64,000 bases of DNA from Spirochaetia bacterium (GTDB taxonomy: Bacteria > Spirochaetota > Spirochaetia > SZUA-6 > Bin103), in assembly GCA_965199955.1 (NCBI GenBank), contig CBDATQ010000001.1:1536001-1600000 (forward strand), in the 5' to 3' direction. A program made the translations under genes and the position numbers. Each line of letters starts with the position of its first letter. Position 1 is the stretch's first letter. The notes under the pieces were generated by a model that had not been told where the DNA came from, made no database searches, and was given only the letters and a program-made list of their open reading frames with translations. Shown here in pieces: positions 38,848 through 48,975 of this stretch.

Positions 38848-39846
38848 GTGGACATTCGCGAGATAACGGCCGAGGTCGAGCGCGAGGGCGGCACCCTGGC
38901 GCAGGTGCGGAGCGAGCTGCGCAAGCAGATCATCGGCCAGGACCGGCTGCTCGACCGGCTCCTGATCGGCCTGATCTCCAACGCCCACCTGCTGATCGAA
39001 GGCGTTCCCGGACTGGCCAAGACGCTGGCGGTCACCACCCTGGCGCAGGCGATCCGCTCCACCTTCCGCCGCATCCAGTTCACGCCCGACCTGCTGCCGG
39101 CCGACCTGGTCGGCACCCTCGTCTACCACCCCGGATCCGGCGAGTTCACGACCAAGAAGGGACCGATCTTCGCCAACATCGTGCTGGCGGACGAGATCAA
39201 CCGCGCCCCTGCCAAGGTGCAGAGCGCGCTGCTGGAGGCGATGCAGGAGCGCCAGGTGACCATCGGCGACGCCACCCATCCGCTCGACGACCCGTTCATG
39301 GTGCTGGCCACGCAGAATCCGATCGAGCAGGAGGGCACGTACCCGCTGCCGGAGGCGCAGGTCGACCGCTTCATGCTGAAGGTGGTGGTCGGCTACCCCG
39401 ACCGTGACGAGGAGCTGGCCATCGTGCGGCGCGTGGCCCGTACCGAGCCGCCGCAGCCCGTCGAGGGCGTCCTGGAACCGGCCGACTTCGCGCGGCTGCG
39501 AGCGCTGGCCGACCGCATCTACCTCGACGAGAAGGTGGAGGAGTACATCGTCGACCTGGTGCGCTCGACGCGGGAGCCCGCGGCCCTTGACCTCAGAATT
39601 GGCGGGCTCGACGTCGGCAACCTGATCGAGTACGGTGCCTCGCCGCGCGCCACCATCTACCTGACGCTCGCGGCTCGCGCCTGGGCGCTGCTGCAGGGCC
39701 GCGGCTTCGTCACGCCGCAGGACGTCAAGACCATGGCGCCCGACGTGCTCCGCCACCGGGTGATCGTCACCTACGAGGCGGAGGCCGAGGAGCGCACCTC
39801 CGACGACCTGATCGCCCTCGTCCTCGAATCGCTGCCAGTGCCCTGA
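38848..39846 (+). CDS. moxR: MoxR AAA+ ATPase
   Basis: GVPGLAKT, RIQFTPDLLPAD, DEINRAPAKVQSALLE, TQNPIEQEGTYPLPEAQ.DRF. Confidence 0.96.
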   Translation: MDIREITAEVEREGGTLAQVRSELRKQIIGQDRLLDRLLIGLISNAHLLIEGVPGLAKTLAVTTLAQAIRSTFRRIQFTPDLLPADLVGTLVYHPGSGEFTTKKGPIFANIVLADEINRAPAKVQSALLEAMQERQVTIGDATHPLDDPFMVLATQNPIEQEGTYPLPEAQVDRFMLKVVVGYPDRDEELAIVRRVARTEPPQPVEGVLEPADFARLRALADRIYLDEKVEEYIVDLVRSTREPAALDLRIGGLDVGNLIEYGASPRATIYLTLAARAWALLQGRGFVTPQDVKTMAPDVLRHRVIVTYEAEAEERTSDDLIALVLESLPVP

Positions 39847-39858
39847 TCGTTCCAGCAC

Positions 39859-40818
39859 ATGATCTCCGCCGAGCTCATCCGCAAGATCCGCTACATCCAG
39901 CTTCGCACGCGCCGCACGGTGACCACCGCGTTCGCCGGCGAGTACCGCAGCGTGTTCCGCGGGCAGGGCATGGAGTTCGACGAGGTGCGCGAGTACCAGC
40001 CCGGCGACGACGTGGGCTCAATCGACTGGAACGTCACCGCCCGCACCGGCCGGCCGCACGTGAAACGGTTCGTGGAGGAGCGGGAGCTGACCGTGTTCTT
40101 CGTGGTCGACATGTCCGCCTCCGGCCGTTTCGGCTCGACAGGCAGGGCCAAGACCGAGGTGGCGGCCGAGCTCGCCGCGGTGGTCTCCTTCGCCGCCGCC
40201 CGCCAGAACGACCGCGTCGGGCTGCTGGCCTTCAGCGACCGCATCGAGCTGTTCGTGCCGGCCAAGAAGGGCATCACGCACGTGCTGCGCATCGTTCGCG
40301 AGATCCTGTCGATCCAGCCGGCAGGAACCGGCACCGATCTGGCCGGCGCGATGCGCTACCTGAACCTGGTGCTGCGCAGGCGGGCGACGGTGTTCCTGAT
40401 CTCGGACTTCCTGGACGGCGGTCAGGCAGGCACCCGAACGCCGTGGCGGTCGCGGCTGACCGTCGGCCGGGAAGCGAGCGGCGAGACCGCGGCGCCGATC
40501 GCCTCCACCACCGACCTGCGCATGGCTGCACGCCGCCACGACCTGATCGCGGCGTCCATCTTCGACCCGCGCGAGGCGGAGCTGCCTTCCGCCGGCATGG
40601 TCGAGCTGGAGGACGCCGAGTCGGGGCGCCTGGCGCTGCTGGACACCGGCAGCCGCCGCGTGCGGCGCGACTACGAGCGGCGCGCGCGCGAGCGGCGCGA
40701 GGCGCTCAGCTGGCAGCTCCGCGAGCTCGGCATCGACGAGATCCCGATCCGCACCGACGCGGGCTGGGTCGATCGGCTGGTGCGCTTCTTCCGGATGCGG
40801 GAGAGGAGGGCAGCCTGA
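39859..40818 (+). CDS. DUF58 domain protein
   Basis: GMEFDEVREYQPGDD..IDWNVTAR, VDMSAS, ISDF. Confidence 0.93.
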   Translation: MISAELIRKIRYIQLRTRRTVTTAFAGEYRSVFRGQGMEFDEVREYQPGDDVGSIDWNVTARTGRPHVKRFVEERELTVFFVVDMSASGRFGSTGRAKTEVAAELAAVVSFAAARQNDRVGLLAFSDRIELFVPAKKGITHVLRIVREILSIQPAGTGTDLAGAMRYLNLVLRRRATVFLISDFLDGGQAGTRTPWRSRLTVGREASGETAAPIASTTDLRMAARRHDLIAASIFDPREAELPSAGMVELEDAESGRLALLDTGSRRVRRDYERRARERREALSWQLRELGIDEIPIRTDAGWVDRLVRFFRMRERRAA

Positions 40819-41871
40819 GCCTGAGGGGGCGGGCCGCGGTGATCGTGGCGGGTGCGCTCACGACCGTCATCGCGGCCGCGCTGATCACCGGCTGCACGCC
40901 GGGCGTGGCTGAGGGCGCGGCCCCGGCGTGGGAGATCGACCATGCCTACGGCGAGGATCCGGTCGCCGTGCGCCTGCGCGTGGATCGGCTGCGCATCACC
41001 ACGGCCCAGACCGTCCAGGTCGAGGTTGAGGTGGACGCTCCCGAAGGGGTGCTGGTGCGGCTGCCGAACCCTGAGCAGTTCGCGGACTCGGGGTTCCAGG
41101 TCGCGCCCCGCACCGAGCCGCCGGCCCTCGTCGACGACGGGCGCACCCGGCACCTGCGCCGCTTCCGGCTGGAGCCGTTCCTGGCCGGCGACTATCCGAT
41201 CCCGGAGCTGGCCGTCGGCTGGCTGGCGCCCGGCGGGGAGCCCGCCGGCCTTTCGACCGGCGCGCTGACCGTGCAGGTGAGCTCCGTGCTCGGCGATACC
41301 GGCTCGGCGGCTGTCTCGGAGGACCTCCCGGAGCTGCGCGAGGTGGGCGATCCGATCCGGGCGCCGCTGCGCTGGTGGCGTCCGGCGCTGGCCCGGCGTC
41401 GCCGCACTGGCGGTGGCCGCGGCGGTCGTGGCGGCGATCCGCCGGCGGCGGCGCGTGGCTGCGAGCCGGCCGGTGCCCATCGAGCCGCCCGGCGTCGTGG
41501 CGCTGCGCGCGCTGGATGAGCTGGAGCGTGACCCGGCCCTCAAGGCGGACCTGGACCGGTTCTACGTGACGGTATCGTCGATCCTGCGCGCGTACCTGGA
41601 GGGACGGTTCGGCCTACGCGCGCCCGAGCAGACCACGGAGGAGTTCCTGGCGGCCGCCGAGGCGGAGCCGGCCTTCGATCGCGAGCAGCAGCGGACGCTC
41701 CGCGCGTTTCTGGCCGCCTGCGACGCGGTCAAGTTCGCCCGCGCGCGGCCGTCGGCGGGCCAGACCGCGCGCATCATCGACACCGCCCGTGGCTTCGTGC
41801 AGGCGACGGCGCATGCTGACGCGACGGAGGTATCCGCGCCCGCACCGGCCGCCGGGGAGGCGCCGCGGTGA
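40815..41871 (+). CDS. Bat-operon membrane protein; +1 frameshift near 41393; start uncertain
   Basis: Ig-like N-terminus (LEPFLAGDYPIP), then (shifted) TM and RAYLEGRFGLRAPEQTTEEF..CDAVKFA. Confidence 0.72.
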
Positions 41872-42914
41872 GGTTCGAGACCACGTGGGCGTTGGGGTTG
41901 CTCGCGCTCGTCGCGCTGCTGCCGCTGGCGCGCGCGGTGGTGACCCGCGTACGCATCGGCGTCGGGTTCCCGTCGGTGGCGGTGCCGGCGGGTATCACGC
42001 CGTCGCTGCGCCATCGCCTGGCGTGGCTGCCGGCGGCGCTCCAGCTCCTGGCCCTGGCACTGCTGATCGTGGCGCTGGCCCGCCCGCGCGAGGGGCTGGA
42101 GCAGGTGGTCGACGTCAGCCGCGGCATCGCCATCGAGATCGTCGTCGACCGCTCGGGCAGCATGATTGCCCCCATCGCCGAGAGCGGCCGCGGCCCGACG
42201 CGGCTGGATGCGGTCAAGGAGGTGGTAGCCCGCTTCGCGCACGGCGACGGGGGCAATCTGGGCGGGCGGCCCAACGACCTGCTGGGGCTGATCACCTTCG
42301 CGCGCTATCCGGAGACGGTGCTGCCGCTGACCCTGTCGCACGAGACGCTGGACGGTTTCCTGAGCGGCGTGGAGGTGGTCAGCGATCGCAGTCAGGACGG
42401 CACCGCGATCGGCGACGCGCTCGCCCTGGCGGCCGCCCGCCTGCGGGTGGCCGAGGAGGCGCTCGGCACCCGCGACGACTACGAGATCAAGAGCAAGGTG
42501 ATCATCCTGCTCACCGACGGCAGCCAGAACGCCGGTCAGCGGACGCCCGCGGAGGCGGCCGAGTTGGCCGCCGGCTGGGGGATCAAGGTGTACGCGATCG
42601 GCATCGGCGTGGGCGCTCCCGAGCAGACGGTGCGCACGCCGATGGGAACCTTCCGCCTGCCGGCCGGACAGCCGGTGGACGCCGCCGGGCTGCAGGCGGT
42701 GGCGGAGCGGACCGGCGGGCTGTTCCGGCTGGCGGAGGACACCGAGTCGCTCATCGCCGTCTACGGCGAGATCGACCTCCTGGAGAAGAGCGAGGTCGAG
42801 TCGGTCCGCTACGTCGACTTTCGCGAACGGTTCGCGCCGTGGGCCTTGGCGGCGCTGGGCGCGGCGGCGGCGGCCGCGGTGCTCGCCGCCACCGTGTTCA
42901 GGCGCGTCCCATAG
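41868..42914 (+). CDS. batA: VWA protein BatA
   Basis: ALARP, MIDAS DRSGSM, GTAIGDAL, ILLTDG, IDLLEKS. Confidence 0.9.
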   Translation: MRFETTWALGLLALVALLPLARAVVTRVRIGVGFPSVAVPAGITPSLRHRLAWLPAALQLLALALLIVALARPREGLEQVVDVSRGIAIEIVVDRSGSMIAPIAESGRGPTRLDAVKEVVARFAHGDGGNLGGRPNDLLGLITFARYPETVLPLTLSHETLDGFLSGVEVVSDRSQDGTAIGDALALAAARLRVAEEALGTRDDYEIKSKVIILLTDGSQNAGQRTPAEAAELAAGWGIKVYAIGIGVGAPEQTVRTPMGTFRLPAGQPVDAAGLQAVAERTGGLFRLAEDTESLIAVYGEIDLLEKSEVESVRYVDFRERFAPWALAALGAAAAAAVLAATVFRRVP

Positions 42915-42918
42915 AGCG

Positions 42919-44739
42919 ATGGAACTCACGGACGGCGTGCGGCTCAGCTCCCCGGACGCATTCCTGCTGCTCTGGGTGATCCCCCCGCTGGTCGCCCTGT
43001 TCGCGCTCGCGGCGCTGCGCCGCCGCCGCACGCTGCAACGCTTCGCGGGCGAGCGCGCCGGCTTGCACGCCGAGCGGCACAACGCGCGCCCGTTCAAGGG
43101 CGGCCTGCTGGTGGCCGCCTTGGTGCTGATCGTCGTCGCGCTGGCGCGCCCCGGCTGGACCCCAGAGACGCGCACGGTCGAGCGCCGCGGGCGCGACGTG
43201 GTGTTCGTGGTGGACGTCTCGCGCAGCATGCTCGCCCGGGACCTCGCCCCGAACCGGCTGGAGCGGGCCAAGCTGGCGATCCTGGACACGCTGGAGGTGT
43301 TGCGCGGCGACCGCGTGGCGCTCGTGGCGTTCGCCGGGACGGCGGTGGTGAAGAGCCCGCTGACCTTCGATTACGGTTTCGTGAGATTGGCGGTGGAACG
43401 GCTCTCGACGGACAGCACCTCGCGCGGCGGCACCTTGATCGGCGACGCCCTGCGCGTGGTGCGCGACTCCGTGTTAGAAGATCAGGTCAGCCCGTACCGG
43501 GACGTGGTGCTGATCACGGACGGCGGCGACCTGGGGAGCCTGCCGCTTCAGGCGGCCGGCGAGCTGGGAGCGCTGGGCGCCCGCATCATCGCCATCGGGC
43601 TGGGCGACGAGGTGACCGGGCAGCCGATCCCGGATCCGGATGCCGACGGCGGCTACCTGCAGCACGAGGGGCAGACGGTGCTCACGGCCTTGGCCGCCGA
43701 GGCGCTGCGCGAGCTGGCGGGCGTGACGCCCGGCGGCCGCTACGTCAACGCGGCAACCGGCAACTTCGACCTGGGCGTCCTCTACACGCAACTCATCGCG
43801 GGCGCGGACCGGCGGCTTCTGGAGCGGACCGAGCGCGAGGTCTTCCAGGAGCGCTTCCAGCCGTTCCTGGCCGCCGCGCTGGCGCTGCTGGCGCTGGAGT
43901 TCCTGCTGCCCGACCTGATCCGGCGCCGTCGGCGGCGAGCGGGCGCCGCGCATCCTCCGGCCGTCGCGGTGGTCCTGTTCGCCCTGGCGGCGGCGCTCGT
44001 GGCGCCTGCGACCGCGCGGGCGGTGGGCGTCCCGGAACAGGCCGAGCGCGACGGCCGTCAGGCGTTCGCGGACGGCCGCTTCGCAGATGCCGCGGCAGCC
44101 TTCGGCGCCGCGGCGGAGGCCCGCCCCGGGGTGGCGGAGCTGCTCTACGACGGCGGCATCTCCGCCTATCGTGCGGGCGACCTCGAGCACGCGGCGGGCC
44201 TGCTGCGGCAGGCGGTCGAACAGGCACGCCGCCCGGAGCTGGCGGCTGCCGGCCACTTTGCGCTGGGCAATCTCGGGGTGCGAGGGGTCGAGCAGATGCT
44301 CAGCGTCCAGGGCGGCGCACCGGACGATCCGCCGGCGGCGATCGCGGGCCTGAACGGCGCCGCGCAGTCCTACCGACGCGCACTCGACCTGCATCCGGAC
44401 TGGGAGGACGCGGCGCACAACTTGGAGGCCACCCGGCTGCGCCTGCAGCAACTGCTGCAGCAGCTTCCGCCTCCCGAGCAGTCGGAGGGGTCGCAGGAGC
44501 AGCAGGGACAGCAGCGGCTCGACCAGTCGCAGCAGGGCACCAAGGGCGAGGAGGAGGAACAGGAGCAGTCTCCGCAAGACGCCGGACCCGCGCAGGAGCC
44601 GCAGCCGGCGGCCGAGCAGGAAGACGACGAGCTGGAGCCCGACGAGCTGGCGCGGGCGATCATCGCCGAGGAGGAAGAGCGTGCGGAGCGGCGCCGGCAG
44701 GAGCAGCTCCGGACCGAGCCGGTCGAGCGCGACTGGTAG
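42919..44739 (+). CDS. BatB-BatC fusion (VWA + TPR + Q/E-rich tail)
   Basis: DVSRSMLARDLAPNRLERAK, ITDG, TPR helices, AAHNLE, Q/E-rich linker, C-terminal ERDW. Confidence 0.87.
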   Translation: MELTDGVRLSSPDAFLLLWVIPPLVALFALAALRRRRTLQRFAGERAGLHAERHNARPFKGGLLVAALVLIVVALARPGWTPETRTVERRGRDVVFVVDVSRSMLARDLAPNRLERAKLAILDTLEVLRGDRVALVAFAGTAVVKSPLTFDYGFVRLAVERLSTDSTSRGGTLIGDALRVVRDSVLEDQVSPYRDVVLITDGGDLGSLPLQAAGELGALGARIIAIGLGDEVTGQPIPDPDADGGYLQHEGQTVLTALAAEALRELAGVTPGGRYVNAATGNFDLGVLYTQLIAGADRRLLERTEREVFQERFQPFLAAALALLALEFLLPDLIRRRRRRAGAAHPPAVAVVLFALAAALVAPATARAVGVPEQAERDGRQAFADGRFADAAAAFGAAAEARPGVAELLYDGGISAYRAGDLEHAAGLLRQAVEQARRPELAAAGHFALGNLGVRGVEQMLSVQGGAPDDPPAAIAGLNGAAQSYRRALDLHPDWEDAAHNLEATRLRLQQLLQQLPPPEQSEGSQEQQGQQRLDQSQQGTKGEEEEQEQSPQDAGPAQEPQPAAEQEDDELEPDELARAIIAEEEERAERRRQEQLRTEPVERDW

Positions 44740-44741
44740 CC

Positions 44742-46571
44742 GTGAAAGTCCCTGCTGGTCCCGGCATCCGGGCTCTCCCCCGCGCCCTGCTGGCTGCGGC
44801 GCTGTGTGGCCTGAGCCTGCCGCTCGCGGCGCAGTCGCTGACCGCGAGCGCGGCGGTGAGCGCCGTCGAAACCGAGATGGGGGTGCCATTCACGCTGCAG
44901 GTCGCCGTGGACGGCAGTGACGCCGCCCCGCAGGTCGAGCTGCCGGCGCTCGACGGCGTGTCGTTTCGGCAGGTCTCGGCCGGCCCCAACAACAGCGAGT
45001 CGATCACGATCGCAGGCGGCCAGACCACCCGCCGGGTGACGCGGGGCTACATCGTCAACTACGAGCTGATCGCTTCCCGTGCCGGCCGGCTGGAGATCCC
45101 GTCCATCGGCGTGACCGTGGACGGGCAACGCCTGACGACGCAGCCGCTTGCGGTGACGATCTTCACGCCTCCGCCGATCGAGGAGTACCGGCTGCTCGTC
45201 GAGGCAGCGGCCGACCGCGCGTGGGTGGGCCAGCCGGTCACGCTGACGACGACCTGGATGTGGCAGGAGGGGCTGGGACCCCAGCGGCTGCTCAGCTTCT
45301 CCCATCCGGTGATGAGCGCGGATGATGCCGACGTGGTGGTCCAGCGCGGGCACCCGCCGGGAGATGGCGTGGAGCTGACCGTGCACGGCACGAAACTCAC
45401 GGCGGCCTCGCGCGCGTTGCGCCGGGACGGCAAGGCGCACGTGGCGCTGGTCTTCGAGGTGAAAGTCGTGCCGCGCGAGCCCGGCCGCCTGGAGGTGCCG
45501 GCTGCCACCGTTTCGTTCGAGGGGATCGCCAGCTTCCGCACGGGGCGCGACGTGTTCGGCCGCACGGTGCGCGATGTCCGGCGCCTGGTGGTCTCCGCCG
45601 AGCCCCTGGCGCTCACCGTCGATCCGCTGCCGGAGGCGGGCCGCCCGGACGACTTCTCGGGACTGGTCGGCACTTTCGAGGTCGCCGCCAGCGCCGCGCC
45701 GGCCACCGCGAAGGTGGGGGATCCGATCGCGCTGGAGGTGACGGTGAGCGGATCGGGTGATCTCTCCGCTCTCGCCGAGCTGGACCTGGCCCACCTCGAC
45801 GCGGCCGGCGACTTTCGCGTCGCGACCCAGCGCGTGGAGCGGGCGGGCCGGTTCCCGTCGCGGGCCACCTTCCGGACCACCGTCCGGGCGCTGCACGAGT
45901 CGGTGAGCGCCATCCCGCCCGTGCGGCTGTCCTTCTTCGATCCGCAGCGCGGCGCCTATGCCCAGGCCGCCAGCGCGCCGGTCGCGCTGGACGTTCAGCC
46001 GGCCCGGCAGGTGACGCTGCGCGACGTGGAGGGCGGCGCCATGTCCGAGGAGGAGGGCGGGGGGCTCGCCGCCGCGGCCGCGGGCATCGCCCACAACTAC
46101 GAAGGGGAGCGGCTGCTCCGCCGCCAGCGGTTCGACACCGCGGCGTTCGTGGGGTCTCCGGGGGGCGTGCTGCTGCTGGCCGCGGGCCCGGCGGCGGCCG
46201 GCATCGCCGCGCTCTGGATGCGCCTGCGACGGTTGGCCGTGGCGGCGCCGGCCGCGCGCGGCGCCCTGGCGCGCCTGCGGCGGGAGATCGCCGATGCGGG
46301 AGACGATGTCGCGGCGATGGCGGCGGTGCTGCATGACTACCTGCGCGCGCGCCTGGGCACGAACGGCGCGCCCGGAAACGAGCTGCTGGCGCAGGCCCTC
46401 GACGAGCGCGGCGTGGGATCCGAGCATGTGACCGAGCTGCGAGAGTTGCTGGAGCGAATCGACCGCGTGCGCTACGGGGCGACTACCGATGCGGCCGAGG
46501 TACTCGCCGGCCGCATCCTGCAGTGGGCGGAGGCGGCGGACCCGATCCTGGCCCGCGGGACTGGGGCGTGA
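44742..46571 (+). CDS. batD: BatD-family protein
   Basis: Signal peptide, repeated Ig-like modules, PLPEAGRPDDFSGLVGTF, FFDP. Confidence 0.87.
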   Translation: MKVPAGPGIRALPRALLAAALCGLSLPLAAQSLTASAAVSAVETEMGVPFTLQVAVDGSDAAPQVELPALDGVSFRQVSAGPNNSESITIAGGQTTRRVTRGYIVNYELIASRAGRLEIPSIGVTVDGQRLTTQPLAVTIFTPPPIEEYRLLVEAAADRAWVGQPVTLTTTWMWQEGLGPQRLLSFSHPVMSADDADVVVQRGHPPGDGVELTVHGTKLTAASRALRRDGKAHVALVFEVKVVPREPGRLEVPAATVSFEGIASFRTGRDVFGRTVRDVRRLVVSAEPLALTVDPLPEAGRPDDFSGLVGTFEVAASAAPATAKVGDPIALEVTVSGSGDLSALAELDLAHLDAAGDFRVATQRVERAGRFPSRATFRTTVRALHESVSAIPPVRLSFFDPQRGAYAQAASAPVALDVQPARQVTLRDVEGGAMSEEEGGGLAAAAAGIAHNYEGERLLRRQRFDTAAFVGSPGGVLLLAAGPAAAGIAALWMRLRRLAVAAPAARGALARLRREIADAGDDVAAMAAVLHDYLRARLGTNGAPGNELLAQALDERGVGSEHVTELRELLERIDRVRYGATTDAAEVLAGRILQWAEAADPILARGTGA

Positions 46572-47398
46572 CACGGGTGCGCCGGGCCGCCGCGCTGTTG
46601 ACCCTGGCAGTCGCCGCCGGCGCCTTCGCCCAGGAGCCGGCCGGCGAGGCCATGGACGCTGTCGCCCTCCTGAAGGAAGCGGCCGATCTCTACCGGCAGG
46701 CCGACCAGCTCGATACCGCCGGCCAGTCGGCGGCCGCCGAGGCGCTGCGCGGTGCGCTGCTCCGCTACGAGCGGGTGGGATCCGATACCGGCTGGAACAA
46801 CGGCCGCCTCGCCTACAACGCCGCCAACACCCACCTGCGGCTCGGCGACGTGGGACGCGCCGTGCTGCTGTACCGGCGGGCAGCGGAGCTGATGCCGGGC
46901 GACCGTAACGTGCGCCAGGGGCTGGCCTACGCGCGCCGGCTGCGAGCCGACCGGATCGACGAGCCGGTGTCGGCCGGATTGATGCGCGTGGTGCTGTTCT
47001 GGCACTACCTGCTGCCCACGCGGACGCGTGCGATCGCCTTCCTGGCGCTGTGGTGCGCCGTGTGGGCGGGCGTCCTGCTGCGCTTGCTGGCGCCCGTCGT
47101 GCGCAGCCAGCGCTGGCTGCGGCCGGCCGGCGCCGCTTGCGTGCTGCTGGCCGCCGCGCTTGCGGGGTCGCTCGCGGCGGAGTTGATCGAGGCATCCACG
47201 CCGCCCGGCGTGATCACCGCCGCCTCCGTGGTCGCCCGGCAGGGCGACGGCCACTCGTACGAGCCCAGCTTCGCGTCGGCACTCCACGGCGGCACTGAGT
47301 TCCGGCTGCTGGAGGACCGGGGCGAGTGGTGGCACATTCGCTTGGTCGACGGCCGCGAGACCTGGATCGTCGCCGGCTCGGGGGAGCTGATCTTATGA
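46568..47398 (+). CDS. batE: BatE-like TPR/SH3 protein
   Basis: YNAAN..G..GRAVLLYRRA, TM segments, LHGGTEFRLLEDRGEWWHIRL. Confidence 0.85.
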   Translation: MTRVRRAAALLTLAVAAGAFAQEPAGEAMDAVALLKEAADLYRQADQLDTAGQSAAAEALRGALLRYERVGSDTGWNNGRLAYNAANTHLRLGDVGRAVLLYRRAAELMPGDRNVRQGLAYARRLRADRIDEPVSAGLMRVVLFWHYLLPTRTRAIAFLALWCAVWAGVLLRLLAPVVRSQRWLRPAGAACVLLAAALAGSLAAELIEASTPPGVITAASVVARQGDGHSYEPSFASALHGGTEFRLLEDRGEWWHIRLVDGRETWIVAGSGELIL

Positions 47399-48450
47399 AG
47401 GTGACCGAAGTACGGGCCGTCTACCCGAAGTGGCGGCAGGTGCCGCCTGCCGACGCGTGGCAGGCGCACTTCTGGCAGATCGCCGTGCGCGTCACCACCG
47501 ACGCCGGCGTGACCGGGTTCGGCTACGGTGGCGGCGGCCAGCCGGCCGTGCAGGTGATCAACGACCACCTGAGCCGCTTCCTGGTCGGCCGCGCGATCGA
47601 CGACACCGGCGACATCGCCGCCGCCTGGGACGAGCTCTACCGGGTTTCGATCCCCTACGGTCGCGGCGGCCTGGCGCAGATGGCGCTGAGCGGGGTGGAC
47701 CTGGCCCTCTGGGACGCGCTGGCCCGCGCCGAGCGCTGCCCCGTGCACGGCCTCATCGGCCCGCGCACCAAGGAGGGGCCGGTGCCCGCGTACGCCACCG
47801 GCAACGACGTCGGGCTGGCCGCGCGCTACGGCTACCCGGCGGTGAAGCTGTCGCACCGCTGGCAGACCGAGGCGGACTTCGGTAGCGCCGCCCGCCAATT
47901 GGAGGCCGCGCGCGCCGCGCTGGGCCCGGCGGTGCGGCTGATGGTGGACTGCTACCTGTCCTGGCCAGCCGATGTAGCCGCCCGCATGGCCGAGCTGCTG
48001 GCGCCGTACCGCCCCTACTGGTTCGAGGATGTGGCGACCCCCGAGCACCTGGCCGAGCTGGCCGCGTTGCGCCCCCGGGTCAAGCCGGTGCTGCTGGCCG
48101 GCGGCGAGCACGACTTCACGCCAGCGGCCTTCGCCGAGATCGGCCGCCACGGCGCCCTCGACCTCTGGCAGCCGGACGTCACCTGGGCCGGCGGCATCAC
48201 CGGCACGCTGCGCATCCTCAAGCTGGCGCGCCGGCACGGCGTGCCGGTCGTGCCGCACCGCGGCGGCGAGCCGTGGGGCCTGCACGTGATCGTTGCCACC
48301 GACTGCCTGGACCTGGCGGAGACCATGCCGCACCGCTGGCAGGAGCCCCGCGACGACCTGTGGCTCGGCGAGCCCGAGGTCACACGCGGCTCGATCGATC
48401 CCGGCGACGAGCCCGGCTTCGGCGTCCGACTGAACGAGGAGCTGCTGTAG
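47395..48450 (+). CDS. Enolase-superfamily dehydratase (L-rhamnonate dehydratase-like)
   Basis: YGRGGLAQMALSGVDLALWD, YATGND, LMVDCY, GGEH, QPDVTWAGG. Confidence 0.87.
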   Translation: MKVTEVRAVYPKWRQVPPADAWQAHFWQIAVRVTTDAGVTGFGYGGGGQPAVQVINDHLSRFLVGRAIDDTGDIAAAWDELYRVSIPYGRGGLAQMALSGVDLALWDALARAERCPVHGLIGPRTKEGPVPAYATGNDVGLAARYGYPAVKLSHRWQTEADFGSAARQLEAARAALGPAVRLMVDCYLSWPADVAARMAELLAPYRPYWFEDVATPEHLAELAALRPRVKPVLLAGGEHDFTPAAFAEIGRHGALDLWQPDVTWAGGITGTLRILKLARRHGVPVVPHRGGEPWGLHVIVATDCLDLAETMPHRWQEPRDDLWLGEPEVTRGSIDPGDEPGFGVRLNEELL

Positions 48451-48521
48451 GCGCTGGCAACGCGGCCGGCTGAAGCGGGAGCGCCGCCGAGCCCGTCATT
48501 GGGTTATGGTAGGAGGTAGCG

Positions 48522-48935
48522 GTGGCAGAGCCCATGACCCTGAGGGACGAAGACCTCGGCCGCATCGGAGAGTACGTCAAGCCGTGGCTGCGCGAGCTGG
48601 TGGACGAGGTGGTAACGCGCCCGGAGCCGGCCGGCGCCGACGCGCGGCTCCTCGAACGGATGGTCAGAGTCGAGGTAGAGCTCAAGGCGCAGCGCACGTT
48701 GATGGACGAGCGCTTCGGCTTCATGGCGACCCGCTTCGAGGCGGTGGACAAGCGGTTCGAGGAGTTGATCGGTCATACGAATGCGCGCTTCGAGGAATCG
48801 CATGCGCACACCAACGCCCGCTTCACCGAGCTTGCCGGCCAGATGAATGCCCGCTTCAGGACGCAGACCTGGATGATCGGTGTCGGGTTCGGCGTCATCA
48901 CTTCGTTGACGACGCTGTTCGCGCTGCTCTCCTGA
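48522..48935 (+). CDS. Small coiled-coil protein with a C-terminal TM anchor
   Basis: RBS AGGAGG, repeated xRF motifs (DERF, DKRF, NARF x3), hydrophobic tail. Confidence 0.7.
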   Translation: MAEPMTLRDEDLGRIGEYVKPWLRELVDEVVTRPEPAGADARLLERMVRVEVELKAQRTLMDERFGFMATRFEAVDKRFEELIGHTNARFEESHAHTNARFTELAGQMNARFRTQTWMIGVGFGVITSLTTLFALLS

Positions 48936-48975
48936 ACTCGGCGGCTGACATGGTCACAGCCTCGGTTTCAGTTCA

